A stretch of DNA of 64,000 bases from Actinomycetota bacterium (GTDB lineage Bacteria; Actinomycetota; UBA4738; HRBIN12): assembly GCA_040754475.1 (NCBI GenBank), contig JBFMCN010000036.1, forward strand, positions 24,801 through 88,800. Direction: 5' to 3'. The notes beneath the pieces are model-generated. The model was not told where the DNA came from, made no database searches, and worked only from the letters and a program-made list of their open reading frames with translations. A program made the translations under genes and the position numbers. Positions 56,596 to 64,000 of this stretch are shown piece after piece; positions within the stretch are counted from its first letter, which is position 1; each line of letters begins with the position of its first letter.

Positions 56596-57342
56596 ATGCT
56601 GCTTGGCGCCATGTGGGTCCTCGCCTTGGGAGCCGGCGCCGTCGCTCTGGCCTTCGCCGGGGTCCTTGCGCGCCAGTGGCTCTTCCATCGACGTCCCCAT
56701 CAGGCGGTGTGGGCTGTCGCGATGCTCATGTACGCGGCGGCCTCGCTCGCGCTGTTCCTGGGCTTGCTGGACGGGTGGTCGGCCGGCGAGTTCAAGGTGT
56801 ACTGGCTCTTCGGTGCGATCCTGAACGTCCCCTGTCTGCTGCTCGGCGAGCTGTACCTCCTCGTGCGCCGTCGCGTGATCGTGGACGGCCTTCTCGTCGC
56901 CCTCCTGTTCCTCACGGCGTTTGCCGTCTCACGTGTTCGTACGGCCACGATCGTCGGCAGCCTGTCGACGGATCTGCCGCTGGGGAAGGACGTGTTCGGA
57001 GACGGCTCGGTGCCGCACCGGCTCGCCCAGTACTACGCGTACCCTGCGTACGTCCTGCTCGTTGCCGCATGCGGGTGGTCGGCCTGGCGGATGCGTGGCA
57101 GGCCGGAGCTCAGGGACCGCTTCGGTGGGACGCTTCTGATTGCGGTGGGCGCCACGATCGTGGCGATCGGGTCGGGGGTGGGAGCGGGCCTCGAAGTGGT
57201 TCCCGTGCTTTCCGTTGGCCTGCTCGCCGGGGTTGCCGTCATGTTCTGGGGATTCCTTAGGGCCTCCGGATCGGGAGCGCGCTCCGGCGGGGGGGCAGAG
57301 CCCAGTGCCGGTCGGCCGTGGCCCTTCCGACGCAGGGCTTGA
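56596..57342 (+). CDS. integral membrane protein (about 6 TM helices), function unknown
   Basis: Strongly hydrophobic 248-aa ORF. Confidence 0.5.
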   Translation: MLLGAMWVLALGAGAVALAFAGVLARQWLFHRRPHQAVWAVAMLMYAAASLALFLGLLDGWSAGEFKVYWLFGAILNVPCLLLGELYLLVRRRVIVDGLLVALLFLTAFAVSRVRTATIVGSLSTDLPLGKDVFGDGSVPHRLAQYYAYPAYVLLVAACGWSAWRMRGRPELRDRFGGTLLIAVGATIVAIGSGVGAGLEVVPVLSVGLLAGVAVMFWGFLRASGSGARSGGGAEPSAGRPWPFRRRA

Positions 57343-57383
57343 GCATTTGTGCGCCGATCACGCCCTGGGCTAGCATCCCGGCC

Positions 57384-58025
57384 GTGAGCGAGCGCCCCGT
57401 CCCCGAGGCCACCGTGGGGCGCCTTCCCATCTACCTGCAAGCGCTCGTCGAGATCGGCCAGGGCGGGGCGTCGACGGTCTCGTCAGAGGCGCTGGGGGAG
57501 ACCGCCGGGGTCAACTCGGCGAAGGTCCGCAAGGATCTTTCGCATCTGGGGTCGTACGGGACGCGAGGCGTCGGCTACGACGTCGCCTACCTCATCCACC
57601 AGATACGTCGAGAGCTGGGGCTCACCGAGTGCTGGCCGGTCGTGATCGCGGGTATCGGCAACCTCGGTCACGCGCTCGCAAACTACCCGGGCTTCGCCGA
57701 CAGGGGATTCCGGACGGCGGCCCTCGTCGACACGGACCCGACGAAGGTGGGGGAAGTAGTGGGGGGCCTCACCGTCCGCCACGTGGACGAGCTTCCCGAG
57801 ATCCTGCGGGAGCACGGTCCGGCGATGGGCGTGATCTGCACGCCGGCCTCCCAGGCTCAGGCGGTGGCCGACCGGCTCGTGGCCGCCGGGGTGCGCTCGA
57901 TCCTGAGCTTCGCTCCGGTGACGATCCTGGAGCCGGCGGGCGTTTCGGTGAGGAAGGTCGACCTGGCCGTCGAGCTCCAGATCCTCGCGTTCCACGAGCA
58001 GCGCAAGCGGGCGCTCGCGACGTGA
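57384..58025 (+). CDS. rex: redox-sensing transcriptional repressor Rex
   Basis: N-terminal winged helix (GRLPIYLQAL...SSEALGE.AGVNSAKVRKDLSHLGSYGTRGVGYDV) plus Rossmann NADH domain (VIAGIGNLG). Confidence 0.85.
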   Translation: MSERPVPEATVGRLPIYLQALVEIGQGGASTVSSEALGETAGVNSAKVRKDLSHLGSYGTRGVGYDVAYLIHQIRRELGLTECWPVVIAGIGNLGHALANYPGFADRGFRTAALVDTDPTKVGEVVGGLTVRHVDELPEILREHGPAMGVICTPASQAQAVADRLVAAGVRSILSFAPVTILEPAGVSVRKVDLAVELQILAFHEQRKRALAT

Positions 58026-58095
58026 AGATGGGCAGACGGGCGGTGGAGAGGCGCGTAGCGATCTCTCGTCGGGGGCTGACGGTCGTGGGGGCCTG

Positions 58096-58521
58096 ATGGA
58101 TCTCGCCCGTGCGCGGAGGATGTTCGGTGGGCTGCCGGTCGCGAACGTGGCCACGGTCGGTCCTGGGGGAACGCCCCACGTCGTGCCGCTCTGGTTCGTG
58201 TGGACCGAGGACGCGATCTATGTCTCGACGCGCCAGCCCAGCCGGACGTGGAGCAACGCGAACGCCGATCGGAGCGTATCGCTCGCCATAGACCTTGGGC
58301 GGAGCTGGGTGGAGATCGCAGGGATCGTCGTGGAGGGAAGCGCCGAGCCGCTGGCAGCGGACCACCCGTCGATGCGCAAGCCGATCTCGGCCTGGCACGA
58401 GAAGTACCGCTCGCTCCTTGCCGGCGACGGCTTCGAGCGCTTCTCGGAAGAGGTCGAGCGTCTGGTCTTCCTGCGGGTCGTCCCCGAGCGCGCGCGGTCA
58501 TGGGACCACGCCCGCGGGTAG
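58096..58521 (+). CDS. pyridoxamine 5'-phosphate oxidase-like FMN/F420-binding split-barrel protein
   Basis: ANVATVGPGGTPHVVPLWFVW is the PPOX-class N-terminal signature. Confidence 0.7.
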   Translation: MDLARARRMFGGLPVANVATVGPGGTPHVVPLWFVWTEDAIYVSTRQPSRTWSNANADRSVSLAIDLGRSWVEIAGIVVEGSAEPLAADHPSMRKPISAWHEKYRSLLAGDGFERFSEEVERLVFLRVVPERARSWDHARG

Positions 58522-58556
58522 CCTTCATTGCCGATTCGAAGGGCCGTTGTCTAGGC

Positions 58557-58574
58557 TTGAGAACGGATTCACAA
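58557..58574 (+). promoter_or_regulatory. Rex operator (ROP)-like site TTGAGAA-CGGA-TTCACAA
   Basis: 17 of 18 positions match the consensus TTGTGAA-N4-TTCACAA. Lies about 50 nt upstream of the GGR gene start and 530 nt downstream of the rex gene's 3' end. Confidence 0.55.
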
Positions 58575-58624
58575 GTCGTCGGAAAGCTGCGGAGTCTTCA
58601 CAGACGGTTGGGGACGGCCACGTC

Positions 58625-59875
58625 GTGACCGATACGGCAAACACCAGACGAGACGTCGATGTGCTCGTCGTGGGGGCAGGCCCCGGAGGTTCGGCGACCG
58701 CCTACCACCTGGCTCGCCACGGCATCGACGTCATGCTGGTCGAAAGATCCGCATTCCCGCGCGAGAAGGCGTGCGGCGACGGGCTGACGCCCCGCGGGGT
58801 CAAGGCGGTGATCCGAATGGGGGTCGACCCTGACGACCCCGGCTTCGAGAGGGTTCGAGGCCTTCAGGTGCACACGCGGAAGGTCACTCTGCACTTCCCG
58901 TGGCCGACTCTGCACGACTACCCCGACTACGGGCTCATTCGCACACGTATGGAGCTCGACGATCTGCTCGTGCGCCGCGCCGAGAAGGCCGGCGCCACGC
59001 TTCACGAGAGGATCGAGGCGGTCTCGCCCGTCCTCGTCGATGGCTGGGTCGCCGGCGCCACGGTCCGTCCCGTCGACGGAGGCGAGCCGGCGGAGGTCCG
59101 AACGCGGTTCATCGTCGCCGCCGACGGCGCCTCCTCTCGCTTTGCCGCCCAGGCCGGCGTCGGTCGAGACGCGTCTCGCCCGCTGGGGATCGCGGCGCGC
59201 CGCTACTACCGAACGAATCGCCGCCCCGGTCCCTGGATGGACGTCTGGATGGACCTGTGGGACGAGGATTCGCTCATGCCGGGCTTCGGCTGGATCTTCC
59301 CGCTTGCCGATGGTCGCGTGAACGTCGGGGCGGGGCTCCTGAACACATTCAGGAACTTCAAGAACGTCTCCGCGCAGCGGGTCTTCGACGCGTTCTGCAG
59401 TACGCTCCCGCGGGACTGGGGCGTGGGCGAGGAGACCTCGGACGGCCGCCTTCTCTCCGGTCCGCTCCCGATGGCGCTCAACCGCGGCCCCCAGGCAGTA
59501 CCGGGAATGCTGGTGGTCGGTGACGCGGCGGGACTCGTGAACCCGTTCAACGGAGAGGGGATCGCCTACGCGATCGAGTCGGGGGAGATCGCCGCAGAGC
59601 TGATCCACGACGCTTTGGTCAAGGATCGGCCAGGACTCGCGCACATGTATCCGGCGGTTCTACGGGAGCGATATGGGCGGTACTTCCGCGTTGGTAGGGA
59701 GTTCGTTCGACTCATAGGGAACCCGAAGGTCATGCGAGTGCTCACCGAGTACGGTCTCCCGCGGCAGTGGCTGATGCGCTTTGCCCACCGGTTCATGAGC
59801 AACCTCACGGACGGCAGGAAGGGCGACGCACAGGACCGATTGATGGACGCGCTTCTCAGACTGGTTCCGGCGTGA
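58625..59875 (+). CDS. geranylgeranyl reductase family FAD-dependent oxidoreductase (MenJ-like menaquinone side-chain reductase)
   Basis: DVLVVGAGPGGSATAY FAD motif, CGDGLT, and GGR-family C-terminal region. Confidence 0.75.
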   Translation: MTDTANTRRDVDVLVVGAGPGGSATAYHLARHGIDVMLVERSAFPREKACGDGLTPRGVKAVIRMGVDPDDPGFERVRGLQVHTRKVTLHFPWPTLHDYPDYGLIRTRMELDDLLVRRAEKAGATLHERIEAVSPVLVDGWVAGATVRPVDGGEPAEVRTRFIVAADGASSRFAAQAGVGRDASRPLGIAARRYYRTNRRPGPWMDVWMDLWDEDSLMPGFGWIFPLADGRVNVGAGLLNTFRNFKNVSAQRVFDAFCSTLPRDWGVGEETSDGRLLSGPLPMALNRGPQAVPGMLVVGDAAGLVNPFNGEGIAYAIESGEIAAELIHDALVKDRPGLAHMYPAVLRERYGRYFRVGREFVRLIGNPKVMRVLTEYGLPRQWLMRFAHRFMSNLTDGRKGDAQDRLMDALLRLVPA

Positions 59876-59924
59876 AAGGGAGGAAGGCGGGGATGCTGTC
59901 CGGGTTCCAGATAGAGTCCGGCCC

Positions 59925-60932
59925 ATGAGCAGTGGCCTGCTCCCTGGGGTCGCGCCGCCGGACCCGACGCTCGAGCGAGAGATACGCGGTCGGCTGCGCG
60001 AGGTCGAAGCGGCCCTGGAGAAGGCCGTGCGGGCCGACTCGGGCATGCTTGGTGAGACGGCCGCGTACCTGCTGGCGGCCGGCGGCAAGCGCTTCCGGCC
60101 GATGCTGATCCTGCTCTCCGGATACTTCGGCGACCCGGCGGACCCCCGTCTGATCCCTGGATCGGTCGTGATCGAGCTCGTTCACGTGGCCACGCTGTAC
60201 CACGACGATGTGATCGACGAGGCGGACTCGCGCCACGCGGTTCCGAGCGCGAACGCCAGGTGGAGCAACACCGTTGCGATCCTCACCGGTGACTACCTGT
60301 TCGCGCGAGCGTCCGAGATAGCGGCAGAGCTCGGGACGGACGTTTGTGCCCTGCTGGCGCGCACGATCGCAACGCTGTGCGACGGGCAGATCCGCGAGGT
60401 CGAGGCCGCCGGGCGTCTGACCCAGACCGAACAGGCCTATCGAGAGATCATCCGCCGCAAGACGGGGGCGCTCATCGCCGCCTCATGCAGGCTGGGCGGG
60501 ATGCTCTCGGGCGCTCCGGCTCCGTTCGTCGAGGTGCTCGAGGAGTTCGGTGAGGCGCTCGGCATGGCTTTCCAGCTTTCGGACGACATCATGGACATCA
60601 CTTCGACCCAGCTCGAGCTCGGCAAGGAGCCGGGAGTGGACATGAAGGAGGGCGTCTACACGCTCCCAGTGCTCCACGCGCTCGCTACCGCCGGGCAGCG
60701 GGATGAGCTGGCTCGGCTGCTCGCTGCAGGACCACCCGCGGAGGAGCGTCTGGACCGGGCGCTTGAGATAGTGCGCGCAGGGGACAGCTTGGCGCACGCG
60801 AAAGCGGCCGTCGCCGCCGAGGTCCGCCGGGCAACCGACCTTGCCCGGCAGCTCCCCGACAACGTCTCTCGCGGGGCCTTGGTCACGCTCGCCGAGTTCC
60901 TCGCGACGCGCTGCGGGGCCGGGCGGTCGTGA
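59925..60932 (+). CDS. polyprenyl diphosphate synthase (trans-IPPS, GrcC-like)
   Basis: First DDxxD motif ([11 protein letters not shown]) and second (LSDDIMD). GKRFRP region. Confidence 0.85.
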   Translation: MSSGLLPGVAPPDPTLEREIRGRLREVEAALEKAVRADSGMLGETAAYLLAAGGKRFRPMLILLSGYFGDPADPRLIPGSVVIELVHVATLYHDDVIDEADSRHAVPSANARWSNTVAILTGDYLFARASEIAAELGTDVCALLARTIATLCDGQIREVEAAGRLTQTEQAYREIIRRKTGALIAASCRLGGMLSGAPAPFVEVLEEFGEALGMAFQLSDDIMDITSTQLELGKEPGVDMKEGVYTLPVLHALATAGQRDELARLLAAGPPAEERLDRALEIVRAGDSLAHAKAAVAAEVRRATDLARQLPDNVSRGALVTLAEFLATRCGAGRS

Positions 60933-61345
60933 CGGGCTTGTTGCTAGAATCCCCGCTGCTCGGAGAAGCATCCACAAGCGTGGAGACCTACTACCAGTCC
61001 TACGGGGTCGTCCTCGCGGTCCTGGTCGCTGGCGCGGTGCTCGTCGCGGCCGCATTCGGGATCGCGCGGCTGCTGGCGCCTCACCGTCCGCTGCCCGACA
61101 AGCTCAAGACGTACGAGTGCGGTATCGATCCGGTCGGGGAGGGATGGTCCCAGAGTCAGGTCCGCTACTACGTCTACGGGTTCCTCTTCGTCATCTTCGA
61201 CGTCGAGAGCGTGTTCCTCTTCCCGTGGGCCCGGGTATTCGAGGGACTCGGCTATCAGGCCGTGATCGAGATGGCCATCTTCATCGGGATCCTCGCGGCC
61301 GGTCTCGTCTACGCGTGGCGGAAGGGGGTCCTGCGTTGGGCCTGA
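60929..61345 (+). CDS. nuoA: NADH-quinone oxidoreductase subunit A
   Basis: YECGIDP...[26 protein letters not shown] overlap with the upstream gene. Confidence 0.9.
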   Translation: MTGLLLESPLLGEASTSVETYYQSYGVVLAVLVAGAVLVAAAFGIARLLAPHRPLPDKLKTYECGIDPVGEGWSQSQVRYYVYGFLFVIFDVESVFLFPWARVFEGLGYQAVIEMAIFIGILAAGLVYAWRKGVLRWA

Positions 61346-61848
61346 TCGAGAAGACGTCGCTCCCCAAGCTTCAGCCGGTCAAGTTCATCCTGAACTGGGG
61401 TCGGCGCTACTCGCTCTGGGTGATCAACTTCGGTCTCGCGTGCTGCGCCATCGAGTTCATCGCGGCCTCGACGTCCAAGCACGACTTCATCCGCTTCGGA
61501 GTCATTCCGTTCGCCCACGGTCCGCGGCAGGCCGACCTGCTCGTGGTGGCGGGGACTCTCACCGACAAGATGGCTCCGGTGGTCAAGCGTGTGTACGAGC
61601 AGATGCCGGAGCCGAAGTACGTGATCTCCTACGGTTCGTGCGCGAACTGCGGGGGGCCCTACTGGGACAGCTACTCGGTCACGAAGGGCGTGGACCAGAT
61701 CGTGCCGGTGGACGTGTACGTGCCGGGCTGCCCGCCCCGCCCCGAGGCCCTGCTGCAGGGGATCATGAGGCTGCAGGAGAAGATCGCGAAGGAAGACATC
61801 AGGGAGAAGTGGAGTGGCCAGCACACGGCGCCCGCTACCACCCCCTGA
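61336..61848 (+). CDS. nuoB: NADH-quinone oxidoreductase subunit B
   Basis: [35 protein letters not shown] start overlapping the nuoA end. Confidence 0.9.
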   Translation: MGLIEKTSLPKLQPVKFILNWGRRYSLWVINFGLACCAIEFIAASTSKHDFIRFGVIPFAHGPRQADLLVVAGTLTDKMAPVVKRVYEQMPEPKYVISYGSCANCGGPYWDSYSVTKGVDQIVPVDVYVPGCPPRPEALLQGIMRLQEKIAKEDIREKWSGQHTAPATTP

Positions 61849-62341
61849 GGTCGAGTCGCGCCTGCGGGCGAGTTTCGGCGATGACGTGCTTTCGTTCGAG
61901 GATCAGTACGGGCACGCGGTCGTTTCGGTCGCGCCGGCCCGCTACCGGGACGTGGCCATCTTCCTCCGCGACGATCCGGATCTCGCGTGCGACTTCTGCG
62001 ACTTCGCGGGCGGTGTCGATCTCGGCTCGGCCGGGTTCGAAGTGGTGACCCACCTCTACTCGACAACGCACAACCACAATGTCCGTCTGAAGGTTCGGCT
62101 TCCGCACGAGAACCCGGTGTGCCCGACCATCTCCGACGTCTTCCCGGGTGCGAACTGGCACGAGCGCGAGACAGCCGAGATGTTCGGGATCGTCTTCGAG
62201 GGGCATCCGCAGCCTGTGAAGCTGCTGCTTCCGGAGCCTTTCGAGGGTCATCCGCTGCGAAAGGACTTCCCCCTGATCAGCCGCGAGGTCAAGCCCTGGC
62301 CGGGGGCAATAGAGGGCGAAGAGGCGGAAGAGGAAGAGTGA
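61814..62341 (+). CDS. nuoC: NADH-quinone oxidoreductase subunit C (30-kDa subunit)
   Basis: [20 protein letters not shown] motif. 175 aa. Not fused to NuoD. Confidence 0.85.
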   Translation: MASTRRPLPPPEVESRLRASFGDDVLSFEDQYGHAVVSVAPARYRDVAIFLRDDPDLACDFCDFAGGVDLGSAGFEVVTHLYSTTHNHNVRLKVRLPHENPVCPTISDVFPGANWHERETAEMFGIVFEGHPQPVKLLLPEPFEGHPLRKDFPLISREVKPWPGAIEGEEAEEEE

Positions 62342-63342
62342 TCGTGGCTGCTCAGGGCGTGAGCATCTTCAACGACTGGATCGGCAACTTCTGGGTCGTC
62401 CTCGTCGTCAAGGCCATCGCCGCCCTCGGGTTCTTCTTGATCGCGGCGCTGGCGATCGGCTATCTGGAGCACAAGGTCCTTGCCCACATGCAGGCGCGGC
62501 TCGGACCGATGTACGCGGGTGGCTTCCACGGCTGGGCCCAGCTCCTCGCCGACGCGGCGAAGTTCATCCAGAAGGAAGACGTGATCCCAGCCGCGGCCGA
62601 CCGGTGGGTGTTCTCGCTTGCTCCTGCGGTCGTGATGATCCCGTACGTCGTCATCTTCGTCGTCATCCCCTTCTCCAACACGATCTACGCGGAGAACCTC
62701 GACGTGGGGATCTTCTTCGTGATGGCGATCGGGTCCATGAGCGTGATCGGGATCCTGATGGCGGGATGGTCCTCGGCCAACAAGTTCTCGCTGATCGGGG
62801 CTCTCAGGGCGGCGGCTCAGCTCATCGCCTACGAGCTGCCACTCATCCTGGCGGCGGCGGCCGTCGTGATGCAGGCCGGCACGCTATCGCTGATAGGCAT
62901 CGCCGAAGCCCAGGACCGGTACTGGTTCGCGTTGACCCAGCCGATCGGGTTCCTCATCTTCCTGACTGCATCGCTCGCCGAGCTGGCGCGTTCGCCCTTC
63001 GACATGCCCATCGCCGACTCGGAGATCATCGCGGGCGCGTACACCGAGTACACGGGCATGAAGTTCGCGTTCTGCCTGCTGTCCGAATACGCAGGCATCG
63101 TCGCGCTCTCCGCGATCGCCTCTGTCCTGTACCTCGGCGGTTACCAGGGGTTCCTCGGGGTACCCGAGCCGCTCTGGATGGCGGCCAAGATCGGCGCGTT
63201 ATCGTTCTTCGTCATCTGGCTGCGGGCCACGTACCCGCGCATGCGCGAAGACCAGCTCCAGCGGTTCTCTTGGCTGGTGCTGATCCCGTTGGCGCTCGTC
63301 CAGATCGTCGTGGTCGGGCTGGTGAAGGTCGCGGTCGGGTAG
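62338..63342 (+). CDS. nuoH: NADH-quinone oxidoreductase subunit H
   Basis: [36 protein letters not shown] overlap with the nuoC stop. Confidence 0.9.
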   Translation: MIVAAQGVSIFNDWIGNFWVVLVVKAIAALGFFLIAALAIGYLEHKVLAHMQARLGPMYAGGFHGWAQLLADAAKFIQKEDVIPAAADRWVFSLAPAVVMIPYVVIFVVIPFSNTIYAENLDVGIFFVMAIGSMSVIGILMAGWSSANKFSLIGALRAAAQLIAYELPLILAAAAVVMQAGTLSLIGIAEAQDRYWFALTQPIGFLIFLTASLAELARSPFDMPIADSEIIAGAYTEYTGMKFAFCLLSEYAGIVALSAIASVLYLGGYQGFLGVPEPLWMAAKIGALSFFVIWLRATYPRMREDQLQRFSWLVLIPLALVQIVVVGLVKVAVG

Positions 63343-63360
63343 GCCGGAGAGCGGGGAAGC

Positions 63361-64000
63361 GTGGCGATCGAGGAGAAGGGCGTCCGCAGGCCGGAGAAGG
63401 AGGTCTCAGGCACCGGCCTGGGCCTGCTCAAGGGCCTCGGCGTCACCCTCAAGCACTTCATGAGGAAGACGGTGACGCAGCGGTATCCGGAGGAACGGCC
63501 GGACCTCCCCCCCCGCACACGCGGCGTGATCGCGCTGAAGCAGGAGAACTGCACCGTCTGCTACAAGTGTGCGCGTGAGTGTCCCGACTGGTGCATCTAC
63601 ATCGATGCGCACAAGGAGACCCACCAGCCGGCGTCCGTCGGCAAGGCCCGCTCGGTGAAGGTGCTCGATCGCTTCGCCATCGACTATGCGCTCTGCATGT
63701 ACTGCGGGATATGTGTCGAGGTCTGCCCCTTCGACGCCCTGTTCTGGAGCCGGGAGTTCGAGTACGCGGAGTACTCCGTCGTGGATCTCATCCACGAGAA
63801 GGAGAGGTTGCAGGAGTGGACCTACACGGTTCTGCCCCCGCCGCCCCTCGAGGAGGGAGCGGAGATGCTCGCCCGCCCGACTGAGGTCGCCGACGTCACA
63901 GCGGCAGAGGAGGCCGTGGAGCCCGCCGCCGCTGCTCCAAGCGCTGCTCCGAGCGCCGCTCCGAGCACGTCCGTCGCTACCGCTGAGACAGGACCCGCTC
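63361..64000 (+). CDS. nuoI: NADH-quinone oxidoreductase subunit I (2x[4Fe-4S]), partial at the window edge
   Basis: [12 protein letters not shown] and [12 protein letters not shown] ferredoxin motifs. Low-complexity Ala/Pro/Ser C-terminal tail continues past 64000. Confidence 0.85.
   Translation, partial: MAIEEKGVRRPEKEVSGTGLGLLKGLGVTLKHFMRKTVTQRYPEERPDLPPRTRGVIALKQENCTVCYKCARECPDWCIYIDAHKETHQPASVGKARSVKVLDRFAIDYALCMYCGICVEVCPFDALFWSREFEYAEYSVVDLIHEKERLQEWTYTVLPPPPLEEGAEMLARPTEVADVTAAEEAVEPAAAAPSAAPSAAPSTSVATAETGPA

Noticed and set aside
57340-57358. Possible autoregulatory Rex site TTGTGCGCCGATCACGCC upstream of rex
   Set aside because: Only the TTGTG half is convincing and the second half-site (TCACG) is poor. 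Much weaker than the site at 58557.

Overview
High-GC (about 70%) actinobacterial chromosomal segment of densely packed core metabolism. No CRISPR array, restriction-modification system, integrase or transposase was found. Order of content: (1) DUF2090-like aldolase and dodecin, then a 10-gene purine operon purA-D-E-B-C-S-Q-L-F-M with 4-nt start/stop overlaps. (2) An orphan CheY-like regulator and a leaderless BtuF/TroA-like binding protein. (3) A minus-strand tRNA cluster (Lys, then a DUF192 gene and tandem repeats, then Glu-Asp-Phe). (4) A nitrogen block: nadE, a GSI-alpha-like glnA, glnE, rocD, a GSI-beta glnA and a GlnR-like orphan OmpR regulator. (5) Sulfur genes: MoaD-like carrier, cysH, sat. 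(6) M23 peptidase, a coiled-coil protein and an HD-GYP phosphodiesterase, then mshA. (7) A proline/arginine/polyamine-type catabolic island: PRODH-proC, P5C dehydrogenase, two aminotransferases, CoA-transferase AB, HDAC-like deacetylase and a translationally coupled pyruvate kinase. (8) A Clp1/Grc3-like polynucleotide kinase next to the 33-aa ribosomal protein bS22. (9) rex, a Rex-operator-like site, a MenJ-like geranylgeranyl reductase, a polyprenyl synthase and a nuoA-B-C-H-I set with no nuoD/E/F/G. Other notable items: a 450-nt structured non-coding region ending in a hairpin plus T-tract upstream of PRODH, a frameshifted sugar-phosphate isomerase, and an M23 peptidase whose signal peptide lies upstream of any canonical start codon. 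The many long GC-rich antisense ORFs in the track are treated as artefacts.
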